64,000 bases of DNA, from the NCBI GenBank assembly GCA_030324005.1, contig JARDVH010000110.1, forward strand, positions 32,445,505-32,509,504, given 5' to 3'. Source of the stretch: Negaprion brevirostris. Lineage: Eukaryota. This document shows positions 23,301 to 33,800 of the stretch, piece after piece (the first letter of the stretch is position 1; each line of letters begins with the position of its first letter). The position numbers were made by a program, and so were the translations under genes. A model generated the notes under the pieces. The model saw only the letters and a list, made by a program, of their open reading frames with translations, was not told the origin of the DNA and did no database searches.

Positions 23301-23594
23301 AAAGACACAAAACATTGTGGAATCGAAATATGCAATTCTTTTGTTAAGGTTTGGGTTGAAATTATGAACAGGACTTGAAGGTACACGGACAGGTTCACAA
23401 ATCCCCATTATCACGGGTGTGCCAATTGTCTGGCATATGTGGATCCATGTCCACGTTTTCTCCTGGTAGCAGGATCGGAACCCACAAATTAAGATTCAGC
23501 CCTTGCTCTCAATAATCAGTTCAGGAAACATCGAGGATGATTTGATTATCTCCAACTTTTAAAGCTAGCTCTATTGCTAATTAGGAAAAGCAAA
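23301..23594 (+). repeat. Inverted duplication, left arm (partner 24138-24441)
   Basis: Reverse-complement match; opposite-strand ORFs both read FIISTQTLTKELHISIPQCFVSF. Confidence 0.95.
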
Positions 23595-24137
23595 GATTTT
23601 ACGGTTTCAGGACAAGCAAGACCATAAAATTCTGCCCATTATATTTGGAACATATGGCCCTTTGCAGGTATTCAATCTGTTTCTCTGGATCTTCACCTTG
23701 GAAAGGTTTTGCCGCTGCTGATTTGATTAACTAAGGCTTGTTCCATCGTCATTACAGACTCAGGACACTCAGTTCTATGACTGCATTTCTCAAATTGGTT
23801 GTGCATATTTTAACATACAAGGGCTTTTTTAAAAACAGGCCATTGTTATTGGAGAAATGAAAGAGAGCACTTAACGGAAATTGGCATATATAAAATGTTT
23901 CCAAAAATGCAAGATTTAAAACGAGCTGAAAATTACAAATGTACACCACTCAAATACAAAAACACTTTCCGTTATATGGTCAAATTAAAGAGTGGGACAT
24001 CTGAGCAGAACATTTTTTTCAAGTCAAAAAATTTTGTCCAACTTCTTCACAGTTATTAAGACAAAAGGTCATGATTTTATATGTGTGATAATACGGTAAT
24101 TATATTGAACTGGAAGTCAAATATGTTTTAGCTGAAC

Positions 24138-24441
24138 TTTTGCTTTTCCTAATTAGCAATAGAGCTAGCTTTAAAAGATGGAGAAAATCAAATCATCCTC
24201 CATGTTTCCTGAACTGATTATTGGGAGCAAGGGCTGAATCTTAATTTGTGGGTTCCAACCCTGCTATCAGGAGAAAAGGTGGACATGAATCCACATATGC
24301 CAGACAATTGGCACACCCGCTGATAATGGGGATTTGTGAACCTGTCCACCTCCAGTCCTGCCTTCAAGTCCCATTCATAATTTCAACCCAAACTTTAACA
24401 AAAGAATTGCATATTTCAATTCCACAATGTTTTGTGTCTTT
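24138..24441 (-). repeat. Inverted duplication, right arm (partner 23301-23594)
   Basis: Reverse complement of 23301-23594 with one ~8-nt indel. Confidence 0.95.
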
Positions 24442-25536
24442 TGTGGATTCCTCGTCTTTCTTTTCATCACTTTAAGAAATTACATATCTTGAAGCTGGAA
24501 TTGTTTAATTCAGATTCAAAGGGGCTGGTTTGTGTGTGTGTTTCTCTAGGTTGAGAATATGGTNNNNNNNNNNNNNNNNNNNNNNNNNNNNNNNNNNNNN
24601 NNNNNNNNNNNNNNNNNNNNNNNNNNNNNNNNNNNNNNNNNNNNNNNNNNNNNNNNNNNNNNNAAGCTGGAATTGTTTAATTCAGATTCAAAGGGGCTGG
24701 TTAATATGTGTGTTTCTCTCGGTTGAGACTATGGTGGAGACAAAAATTTTTTTAAAATTTTGTTCTAAATATAGTCTCTCTCTGTTTCAGGTGACATCCA
24801 ATCAGCATTTAAGAAATGACCAACAATCAGAGATTGATGATCTGGAAGATTTTGATGTCTCCAAACGTAAAGGACAGCCAATTATCCCCATCAGCACAAA
24901 GAGATGATGTGGTATGAATGATGAAAGTCAGGAGATATCACAAGACCTGGTATTAACCCAGTCTTGGAGAGAGATATTGGGATCCCCGCCACCACTGGGA
25001 ACTACAAATGTAATCTAGAACTGGAATGATAACTTTAACACTTGCTAATAATTATGCTGTCACATTTTTCAGTAGATCCTTTGTACATCCATGTTTGTAC
25101 TGGTCTTCTGCTGACAGGTTGGACATCTATTTAATGAGTATTTCTAAGTTTTCTCAAAAACTTCCACTCCAAGGTGCTATTCATTTTCTCTGACTGTATT
25201 TTCACCATTTTTGGCTCTTGCAACACATTTGATGCAGCAGAAACTACAACAATAGCTATTAGGTGTTAGGTTTATGAAACAAACAATTCACCATTCATTG
25301 GTATTTTATCAGTTCAGTTTAATCATGCAGAATTTGCTATTTATACTAATTAAATCCAACATCTTCAATGTAACTATAACTTTAAGCTCTCTAAATAATC
25401 TTGACTTGAATTATTTTCTACACATTCTACTTTATATCTACTTTCCTGATATCAATTCTTCCTTTCAAACAGTAAATAATTATGCCTGCGCTTTCAGTGA
25501 GAGTTCTGTTGTGCTTCTGAATGTAAATATTGAAAA

Positions 25537-25834
25537 GTAAAGTTTATTTATTAGTCACAAGTAAGCTTATATTAACACTGCAATGAAGTTACTGTGAAAA
25601 TCCCCTAGTCACCACACTCCGGCGCTTGTTTGGGTACACTTAGGGAGAACTTAGCATGGCCAATCCACTTAATGTGCACATCTTTGCACATTGGGAGGAA
25701 ATCAGATCACCTGGAGGAAACCCATGCAGACATGGGGAGAACATGCAGACTCCACACCAACAGTGACCTGAGTCGGGAATTGAACCCAGGTCCCTGGTGC
25801 TGTGAGGCAGCAGTGCTAACCATTGTGCCACCCC
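25537..25834 (-). mobile_element. V-SINE, Rex1-like tail
   Basis: Full head, V-domain and tail. Confidence 0.9.
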
Positions 25835-26043
25835 ATGAAACTTAGATATTTAGATGACTTGACTAATATGATTTGCTCTCTGCTGAGTTATGAGATTAAC
25901 AGGGTCAGATCAATTTATCATTTCTAAATCTAACTGCATGAGGGAAGCATACAGGGAAACATATTATCAAGTAGTTTTGTTAATTGCTATTTGAAATTAA
26001 GGCCAACCACCCTAACTGTTCACAAATTTTGCAGTCGAGTATA

Positions 26044-26121
26044 AAGAACAAAGAACAAAGAACAAAAACAGCCCGGGAAACAGGCCCTTCGGCCCAACGA
26101 GCCCGCGCCGCCATCTCAACA
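26044..26121 (-). mobile_element. Young CR1 3' tail with (aagaaca)n terminal repeat, running into a gap
   Basis: aagaacaaagaacaaagaac...caggcccttcggccc. Confidence 0.75.
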
Positions 26122-26224
26122 NNNNNNNNNNNNNNNNNNNNNNNNNNNNNNNNNNNNNNNNNNNNNNNNNNNNNNNNNNNNNNNNNNNNNNNNNNNNNNN
26201 NNNNNNNNNNNNNNNNNNNNNGTG

Positions 26225-27025
26225 AGTTCTGAGGAGGGTGCAGAGATGCTTCAGCGTGATTTATACAGGCTGAGTGTGTGGGCATATGCATGGCAGACAC
26301 AGTGGATAAATGTGAGGTTATTCTTTGGTAGCAATAATAGGAAGATAGATTATTACTCAAATGGTGTGAATTGAGAGAGGTGGATACTCAGTGACACGGT
26401 GTTCTCGTGCATTAGTCATTGAAAATAAGCATGCAGATACAGCAGACAGTAAAGAAGGCAAATGATGTGTTGGTCTTCATAGGATTTGAGTATAGAGATA
26501 GGGATGTTTTGCTGCAACTGTATAGGGCATTGGTGAGGCCATACCTGGAGTACTGTGTGCAGTTTTGTTGTCCTTATCTGAGGAACAACAGTCCTTGCTA
26601 TAGAGGGAGTACAGCAAACGTTCACCAGGCTAATTCCTGGAATAGCAGGTCTGTCATATGAGGAGAGAATAAGTCAGTTAAGATCATATTCACTTATAAA
26701 CTTCTAACAGGATTAGATAGGGTAGGTTCAGAAGGAATGTTCCTAATGGTAGGGGAGACCAGAACTAAAGGTCACAGTTTGAGGATAAAGGGTAAACCTT
26801 TTAGAACTGAGGTGAAGAGAAATTTCCCACCCCAGAGGGTGATGAATGTGTGGAATCCATTAGCACACAAAGTAGTTCAGGCCAAGATGTTGTCTGATTT
26901 CAAAAAGAAATTTGATATAGCTCTTGGGCCTAAAGGGATCAGGATATTAAATTTTATAATCAGCTATGATCAAAATGAATGGTAGAGCAGGCTTGAAGGG
27001 GCGTATGGCCTAATCCTGTTTCTAG
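26225..27025 (+). mobile_element. CR1 LINE RT C-terminus and 3' UTR
   Basis: EYRDRDVLLQLYRALVRPYLEYCVQF; TRTKGHSLRIKGKPFRTEVKRNF. Confidence 0.92.
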
Positions 27026-27448
27026 GTTTCAATGTCTTGCCTGCCACGGGGATTGTAACAAGTGAGGCAGAAAATGTGGTGGACCATTCAAAGTCTGTCG
27101 GACTTGGGTGGCAATTTCTGGTCTTGGAGAATCCTGCCTTATATATTTTTTAGCATATCTTTACACACACTGGATAATAGTGATGTAATGGAAGGTTTCC
27201 CAAGCTGATTATCAACCTGCTAAACCATGTTACGAATGCTCCTTCTATGGCTAACATGTCCTGTACTTTTCTACTTTTCTGTACCTTACTGTGAATTTGT
27301 ATAAAATTGTTTTTGTTTAAAAATTAGAAGAACTGCATTTTTTTAACTTTATTATACAGGGCGAGATTTGGACAATTGTTATTGCCTTTATGACATATTG
27401 AAGTTAAAGTTGTAGTTTAGACATGATGAGAGTCAATAGGGATCACAT

Positions 27449-27745
27449 AAAGTTAAAGTTTATTGATTAGTCACAAGTAAGCTTACATTAACACTGCAAT
27501 GAAGTTACTGTGAAAGTCCCCTAGTCGTCTCACTCCAGCACCTGTTTGGGTTCACTGAGGGAGAATTTAGCATAGCCAATGCACCTAACCTGCACATCTT
27601 TCAGACTGTGGAGGAAACTGGATCACCCAGAGGAAATGCATGAAGACATGGGGAGAATGTGCAGACTCTGCATAGACAGTGAATCAAACCAGGGTCCTGG
27701 CACTGTGAGGCAGCAGTGTTAACCACTGTGTCACAGTGCTGCCCC
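27449..27745 (-). mobile_element. V-SINE, Rex1-like tail
   Basis: Head, V-domain and tail as at 13997. Confidence 0.9.
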
Positions 27746-28986
27746 ATGGCCGCAAAGGGATTTTTTCCTTCCCTATATGCTCTAAGGATTCCTACATTTA
27801 TCTTGTAACATCAAATCATAGAATCACAGGACACAGCAGGAGGCCATTTGACCTTTGGTGTCTCTGCTAGCTCTTTGAAAGCTGCCCAATTACCTCCACT
27901 CTCCTCTTTCCCCACAGAACTGCAATTTTTCATCTAAATGTGAACCATTTTACCATTTTTAGACAGATGGAAATATAAAAATTTTCTCAGTGCAATTCAT
28001 AGGAATTCTAATACTGTGCAGAGAATTGTTAGCACATTTAATGCTCAAGTAGTTTTGACTGCCATGGTGTTATGTGTTGATGTAACACATGTTCCTTAAC
28101 TAGCAAATTTAACTGTCCATCAGATAGCACATGGATTGCTGGATTTTATAGTTGATGTGACTTGATGTTTGATATTGGAAACAACTTTTAAGCATTTATA
28201 TAATCATTATTATGATAGTAAGATTTGTTTTAAGTTTTTAAGCTTCAATACTAAAAGTAAGACCAAAACAAAACCCACCTATAATTTGCAGGAAATGCTA
28301 CTGAAGAGGTTGAGTGAGAAAATTATCTGTTTTATTGTGCAAATATCACGGTAGATTCAGGACCAATTCTGAGAAGTTGAAGCTAAAGCCAACAGGGTTC
28401 CAGAGGGCACTAATAAAGCCATTCAGTACGTGTTTAAACAACATGAAATAGACAGGATGCTGGACAATTCTTCTTTACTCAGAGAGTGGTGAACCTCTGG
28501 AATGCATTGGTGGCTAGTGTGATGATCTTCAAGCAGGAATGGGACCAGTTCTTGACAATGGACAGAGATCATATAACATAGAAGATATGTGATTTTATAG
28601 ATTAAATATCACTTGAACAAATTTCAATCACCTGAGTAGGCCAGGAAGGATTTGACATATCCAGAGTACCCAGGAGATCACACGGTTGGTAATGGGATGG
28701 GCAATAGAATTTCTTTAGTCACAAAGGTCCAACCATTGTAGGGCAGGTTGATAGAAAAACCATGCTTTTTCTCACCATTATCCTGCCTTATTAAAAAAGA
28801 AGATTCACCAGTAGAATTCGGCAGCTATGGCCATTCAAAGAGACAACTATACTAAAATTTTGGATGGCTTTTAAAATCTTTGAATTTCATTTTGTCAGTT
28901 TTTTATAAGACCTGTGTTGATAAATTTGTAAATATCAGCCCCTGAAACACTACGTGCTGTAAATTCCTTCCCAGTGTTAATACCAA

Positions 28987-29172
28987 TGACACTTCAAGAA
29001 CAAGTCAATTCTTCTTTTACTAAGAAACTGTTGATTGTGTTCAGAGGAAACATGCTTCTGCCATTCTTTAAACAAAGCTTATAACTATTTCTGAAACAGA
29101 GGCACAAAGAAAAATATAGCTGCCCAATTGTTTGCTATGTTACTCTTTAATTAAGATTATACGGTATAATAA
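28987..29172 (+). repeat. Direct duplication, copy 1 (empty-site paralog of 31725-32353)
   Basis: tcaattcttcttttactaagaaactgttgatt...gcacaaagaaaaatatagctgcccaattgtttgc shared. Confidence 0.92.
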
Positions 29173-30619
29173 ATGAATAAAAATTGTCTGTTCTTGACTA
29201 TTCTACAGTAGTTCGGATAATTGACTTTATGTCGAAATTGAATATCTTCATTTTAAAAAAAGAATTCAGGCCAGAAAATGTTCTGTTGAATGACTGTGGT
29301 AAAAGTAATAGTATTCAGCAAAAAATGTAATTCTGGAATTTTAACAGGTTATTATCCTTGTTAGAATTTCTATAAAGGTTACTATCCCATCAAAACAGAA
29401 GATAAAATGATAGTAAAATGGGTGAAAAATGGCAGTTTTTGTAAAGGTGATTAGAAGGAAAATCTTTGTGTTTTCCTTCTTTTTAATGGAAAGAAAATGG
29501 TAAATGTTCTGAAAATCTTCAGTATATAGCATAGTCCTCTGGGTTAAAACAGATCTCAGGATAATATGAAGTGTCTGCAATGCACTTTCCACTGAGATCA
29601 TTCTGAAATGCATGAAAAATCTCATCAAAATTACTGTGCTGTGGTCACTATTCATGAGCCTTCAAAGCCAGTGGGAAAAATGATTTATTTTCAAACAATA
29701 AAATTTAAAATATGTAGCATTTCCTTTTATAGAATACTTGGAATAAAACTTATTCTCTTTGTACTTTGCTGTCCTTTGAATAATTAATATTTGTGAATTC
29801 TGCAGCTGCACAGTTACCTGAACATGATGGAAACGATGTGCATGAGTGGACATGGCCCCTCCAGGGAATCTGTGACTGATGTGTGCTGCATGGTACGTCA
29901 AGTTATGGAAGGACAGTCAACCATCTGCCAAGCGCTACCAGTGAGAGTATAGGTCCCTACCATCCTTAATGTGTATACCTCAGAGACCTTTGACGCACAT
30001 CAACAGAGTCAGTCACTTTGTTTGTTTGCCTTTTTCCCATCAAAGACTTTGTTTTCTGCACAAAAAAAAGGCACGTTGCAAGATGTAACAAAGTGAAATT
30101 CGTTCATTGTCTCTGATGCACATATTAATCTGCTTCAATGGCTTTTGTATGTTATGAATGTCTCTGTATTCTTTTCACATTCATACTACAATTAGGTGCC
30201 CTCCTACCTCACAGAGTGAAACACAGTTGGTCACATAGCCAGTCAGTGAGCTTCCACTGGATAAAGACTACTTGTTACCTAAACCTGCAACTAATCCCAA
30301 AGGATCTCCCCAAATATCAGGAGGCTTTTGTGCTGTGCGTCAATATTTTTGTAGAAGCAGTATCTAGAATCTCTGGTGCAGTGCTACATGAAAGAAGCAC
30401 AGATCTGATGCAGATATTGGTGCCAAATTACTGCTCTTAGACCGCTTCATGCAATTCATTAATGGGGGGATAGGGTGGCATCTTCTCATAATAATCAATA
30501 CTGTATTATAATGTAGAACACTAGACATCAATGCGATTTCATTATCAATTCTTTATGGTTCTAGATACCCATCTCCAACTGAGCTGAGTGTCAACCACGA
30601 TTCATTTTGTGGTTTTGCC

Positions 30620-31245
30620 TCATTTCTGAGTCAGAAAGTTATGGGTCCTAGTTCTACTTTAGAGATTTGAGCACAAAAAGTCAAAGCTGGCACTCCAGTG
30701 TAGTATGATGGGAGTGCTGCACTGTCAGAGGTACTTGTTTTCCATTGAGGTATCTTCTTAGATAGATGTAAAATATCCAGTTACATTGTTTTGAAGAAGA
30801 ATAAGAGTAAACCCAGTTTCTGAGCCAATATTTACCCCTCATTCATCATCACCAAAAAAATTATTCTCTGGACATGTCACATTGATGTGTGTGTGAGACT
30901 GCTGTGTACAAACTGAATGCCACAGTTCCTGTGCTAAAAGATGCCTACTCTTCAAGAGTATTCTGTTGCATGTATAGGGCAGGGTTTTTCTCCCTTTCCT
31001 AGTGTATTTCATGGTGGTGAGAGGCTGTGCGCCACTTGCTGGTGGCAGGGTCTTATGGTCCCGCCATTGACAACGCGGTTTCCCGTTGAATGTACCCCTT
31101 GCCGCCGAGAAACCCGTGGCGGGGGTACACCATCAGCAGGGCTATAACATCCTGCTGGAATGAACTGGAGCAACATTTCATCTATAGCATTTTAGGAGGT
31201 CCTATTTTTGTAAAAGGTGCTGTATAAATGTAAATTGTCGCTTCT
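30620..31245 (+). mobile_element. SacSINE1-like DeuSINE with L2-type tail, interrupted by a MITE
   Basis: ctgagtcagaaagttatggg...gggagtgctgcactgtcagagg...gccaatatttacccctca...aaaggtgctgtataaatg. Confidence 0.75.
30977..31180. mobile_element. MITE (Harbinger-like termini) inserted in the DeuSINE
   Basis: CpG-rich block starting gggcagggtttttc that interrupts the SINE tail. Confidence 0.6.
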
Positions 31246-31385
31246 TCCTTGAAATCATTCAGCTTGCATTTCCAAATACTCCACAGTCACAGGAGTTGCA
31301 GTGTGCTTATTGATTCATAGAGTGCTTCTCCAATTCAACCATACCAATATCTGGAGTCTGGAAGGATATAACTGTTCAACTTCAT

Positions 31386-31718
31386 AGGATCATAGAATCC
31401 CCACATTGCAGAAGAGGTCTTTTGGCCTACAATTCCATGGCAGAGTATTTTACCCAAGCCTACCCACACCAGCCCCCGCCTCGTGTGTAACCCATGGCCA
31501 ATCATTCCAACCTATGCATTTCGGTGTACCAAGAGGCAATTTACCACGTCCACCTAAACAGCACATCTTTGGACTATGGATAGAAATTGGAGCACTCGGA
31601 AACAACCCACACAGTTACGGGGATAATGTGCAAACTCCACATAGTCACCTAAGGCTGGAATTGAACTTGGATTCCTGGTGCTGTGAGGCAGCAGTGCTGA
31701 CCACTGTGCCACCATGCC
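31386..31718 (-). mobile_element. V-SINE, CR1-type tail
   Basis: catagaatccccaca...cctggtgctgtgaggcagcagtgctgaccactgtgccacc. Confidence 0.85.
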
Positions 31719-31873
31719 AGTCAGTGACACTTCAAGGACAAATCAATTCTTCTTTTACTAAGAAACTGTTGATTGAGTTCAGAGACAACATGCTTCGGCT
31801 ATTCCTTAAGCAAAGCTTATAACCATTTCTGAAACAAAAGCACAAAGAAAAATATAGCTGCCCAATTGTTTGC

Positions 31874-32186
31874 TTTATTTTTTATTTGTTTTTATTCCAA
31901 TTCAATCCAATCAAGTCCAATTCAGAATCTCAAAAAGTTGAGACATTCCTGATCCAAGCTGACAAGACAGGGCTCTCACTTCCTGTCTTGGGTTTGATCT
32001 ACATGATCCAAATGATTGGAGTAGGCATAGCTCCTCTTCCAAGACTTGATCTCATTTGCATCTTCACCAAAAGGCCAAGACGCCACTTTTAGAAATTGCT
32101 TCAAATGAACTAAAACATAACCTAATAGCTTCAACCAAGCACAACACGTCGATACTACACTTGATCTTAGCCAAAAGGCCGAGAAG
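31874..32186 (-). mobile_element. U2 snRNA-headed SINE-like retroposon
   Basis: U2 5' segment, spacer, second degenerate U2-like head, two ~54-nt units, A-rich tail, TSD tttatt. Confidence 0.8.
32151..32186 (-). pseudogene. U2 snRNA 5' fragment (nt 5-40)
   Basis: CTTCTCGGCCTTTTGGCTAAGATCAAGTGTAGTATC matches vertebrate U2 as recalled, including GTAGTA branch-point recognition; partial repeat at 32290-32317 after the gap. Confidence 0.95.
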
Positions 32187-33089
32187 TTTNNNNNNNNNNN
32201 NNNNNNNNNNNNNNNNNNNNNNNNNNNNNNNNNNNNNNNNNNNNNNNNNNNNNNNNNNNNNNNNNNNNNNNNNNNNNNNNNNNNNNNNNACTTGATCTTA
32301 GCCAACAGGCCGAGAAGTTTTATTACCCTTTAATTAAGGTTATGTGGTCCAATAACTTCGTCTGGATTATTTCAATGTTGTTCCATTAGCCCCCCAGCTT
32401 CCACCCCACATCCTGTTGTGCTCTCCTTTTGTATTGGACTTCCCTATCAACCTGATCACACACTTTAAGTTGTCATCCCGACACTTCTACAACCATTCAA
32501 TCTAACTTTAAAGCTCTCCTCAAAATCTCTTTAGTCTTTAATCACCCCTCCTAATTCTATCTCAACACAATTTAGAATTTGTTTTAGCCCATGTGAAGTG
32601 TTTTGGAATTATTTTCTTTGTCCTCTGCATAAAATATGAACCACCGTGTATTTTATTATATTTATTTGTCAGGTTTTTTTCCCATACTTAAAAGATAGGA
32701 GAAAAGATAGGAGTAAAGGGGAAGTATTGAACCAGAAAAGATTCAGCAAAATAATGCCCCTAAATTGACCAATTGCTTCAAATATCTGTCCAATAATCCC
32801 TAAATTATTTACATATTGTCTACCTCCCAGAGGAGATTTTCCATCACATTATCCATGTTTCCTTGCAGTGTCAATGTTCCATTGCAGCAGGACCAGAAAA
32901 TCCAGTTGGCATACAGCAGGAAAATTCCACCCCATATGTTTAATACCATCAAGAACCCGGAATAATTTCACATGCGAACCTTTGTCTTTTCAAGCGTATG
33001 CAAACCGAGCTTTCAATCGTTCCTCATAACTCAGATACCTTAAACTCGGTTGCCATTTTCTCACTTCCTCCAAAGTTTGGACGTCATTC

Positions 33090-33545
33090 CTTTTTTTCAT
33101 TATTTCATGGGATATGGGCATTGCAGGCAAGGATGGCATTTGAGCAGCCATTCCTAATTGCCCTTGAGTAGATGGTGGTAAGCTACCTTCTTGAACCGCT
33201 GCAGTCATATACCCACAGTGCTGTTAGGAAGGGAGTTCCAGGATTTTGATCTAGTAATTGGGAAAGAACAGTGATATGATTCCTAGTCAGAATGGTTTAG
33301 AGGGAACTTTCAGGTGATTGTGTTCCCATGCATTTGCTGCCCTTGTCCTTCTTGGTTCAACAGGTCTTGGGTTTGGAAAGTGCTGTTGAAAGAGCTCAGG
33401 TGAGTTGCAGCAGTGCATCATATTTATAGTAAACAGCACTGATACTGTGCACCAGTAATAGAGGGAGTGAAAGCTTAAGTTGGTGGATGGGGTGCTAATC
33501 AAATGGGCTGTTTTATTCAGGATGGTCCTTCTGGGCAAACAGGAT
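33090..33545 (-). mobile_element. CR1-superfamily LINE (second family) 3' end
   Basis: ILNKTAHLISTPSTNLSFHSLYYWCTVSVLFTINMMHC; tail homologous to 1012-1320. Confidence 0.85.
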
Positions 33546-33559
33546 GGGCAAATGGCAAG

Positions 33560-33800
33560 CATTCCATCCCACTCCTGACTTATGCCTCATGTCCCCCCCA
33601 GCCTATGCTGTCTGTACTTATCCTTTGACATTCTTGATTACCTGTTATTGTCAGGCTATCGTCACTCCGCCTATATATTCTGTGCCTGGGCACCTCACTC
33701 CACTTCACCTGATGAAGGAGCAGCACCCCGAAAGCTTGTGGTTTCAAATAAAGCTGTTGGATTATAACCTGATGTTGTGTGCCCTCTCAACTTGTCCATC
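33560..33800 (+). mobile_element. Penelope-like terminal repeat fragment
   Basis: Hammerhead core followed by aaataaagctgttggattataacctgatgttgtg, homologous to 20970-21020. Confidence 0.8.
33706..33740 (+). ncRNA. Minimal hammerhead ribozyme core (degenerate stem II)
   Basis: cac-CTGATGA-aggagcagcacccc-GAAA-gctt-gtg; stem I cac/gtg, palindromic aagctt. Confidence 0.7.

Larger units (their letters stand above)
31725..32353 (+). repeat. Direct duplication, copy 2 (interrupted by the U2-headed element)
   Basis: 31725-31879 and 32319-32353 together match 28987-29172. Confidence 0.88.

Noticed and set aside
24491-24730. Direct repeats flanking 100-N gaps (also at 37245-37430, 46923-47045, 57630-57770)
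   Set aside because: Typical unresolved overlap or haplotype artefacts of scaffolding; cannot be called biological.
25780-25834. tRNA genes at SINE heads
   Set aside because: A/B boxes belong to tRNA-derived V-SINE heads and continue into the V-domain; no complete cloverleaf.
32151-32317. Functional U2 snRNA gene or tandem U2 array
   Set aside because: Only nt 5-40 are present, with no Sm site or 3' stems. The second head after the 100-N gap is most likely contig overlap.
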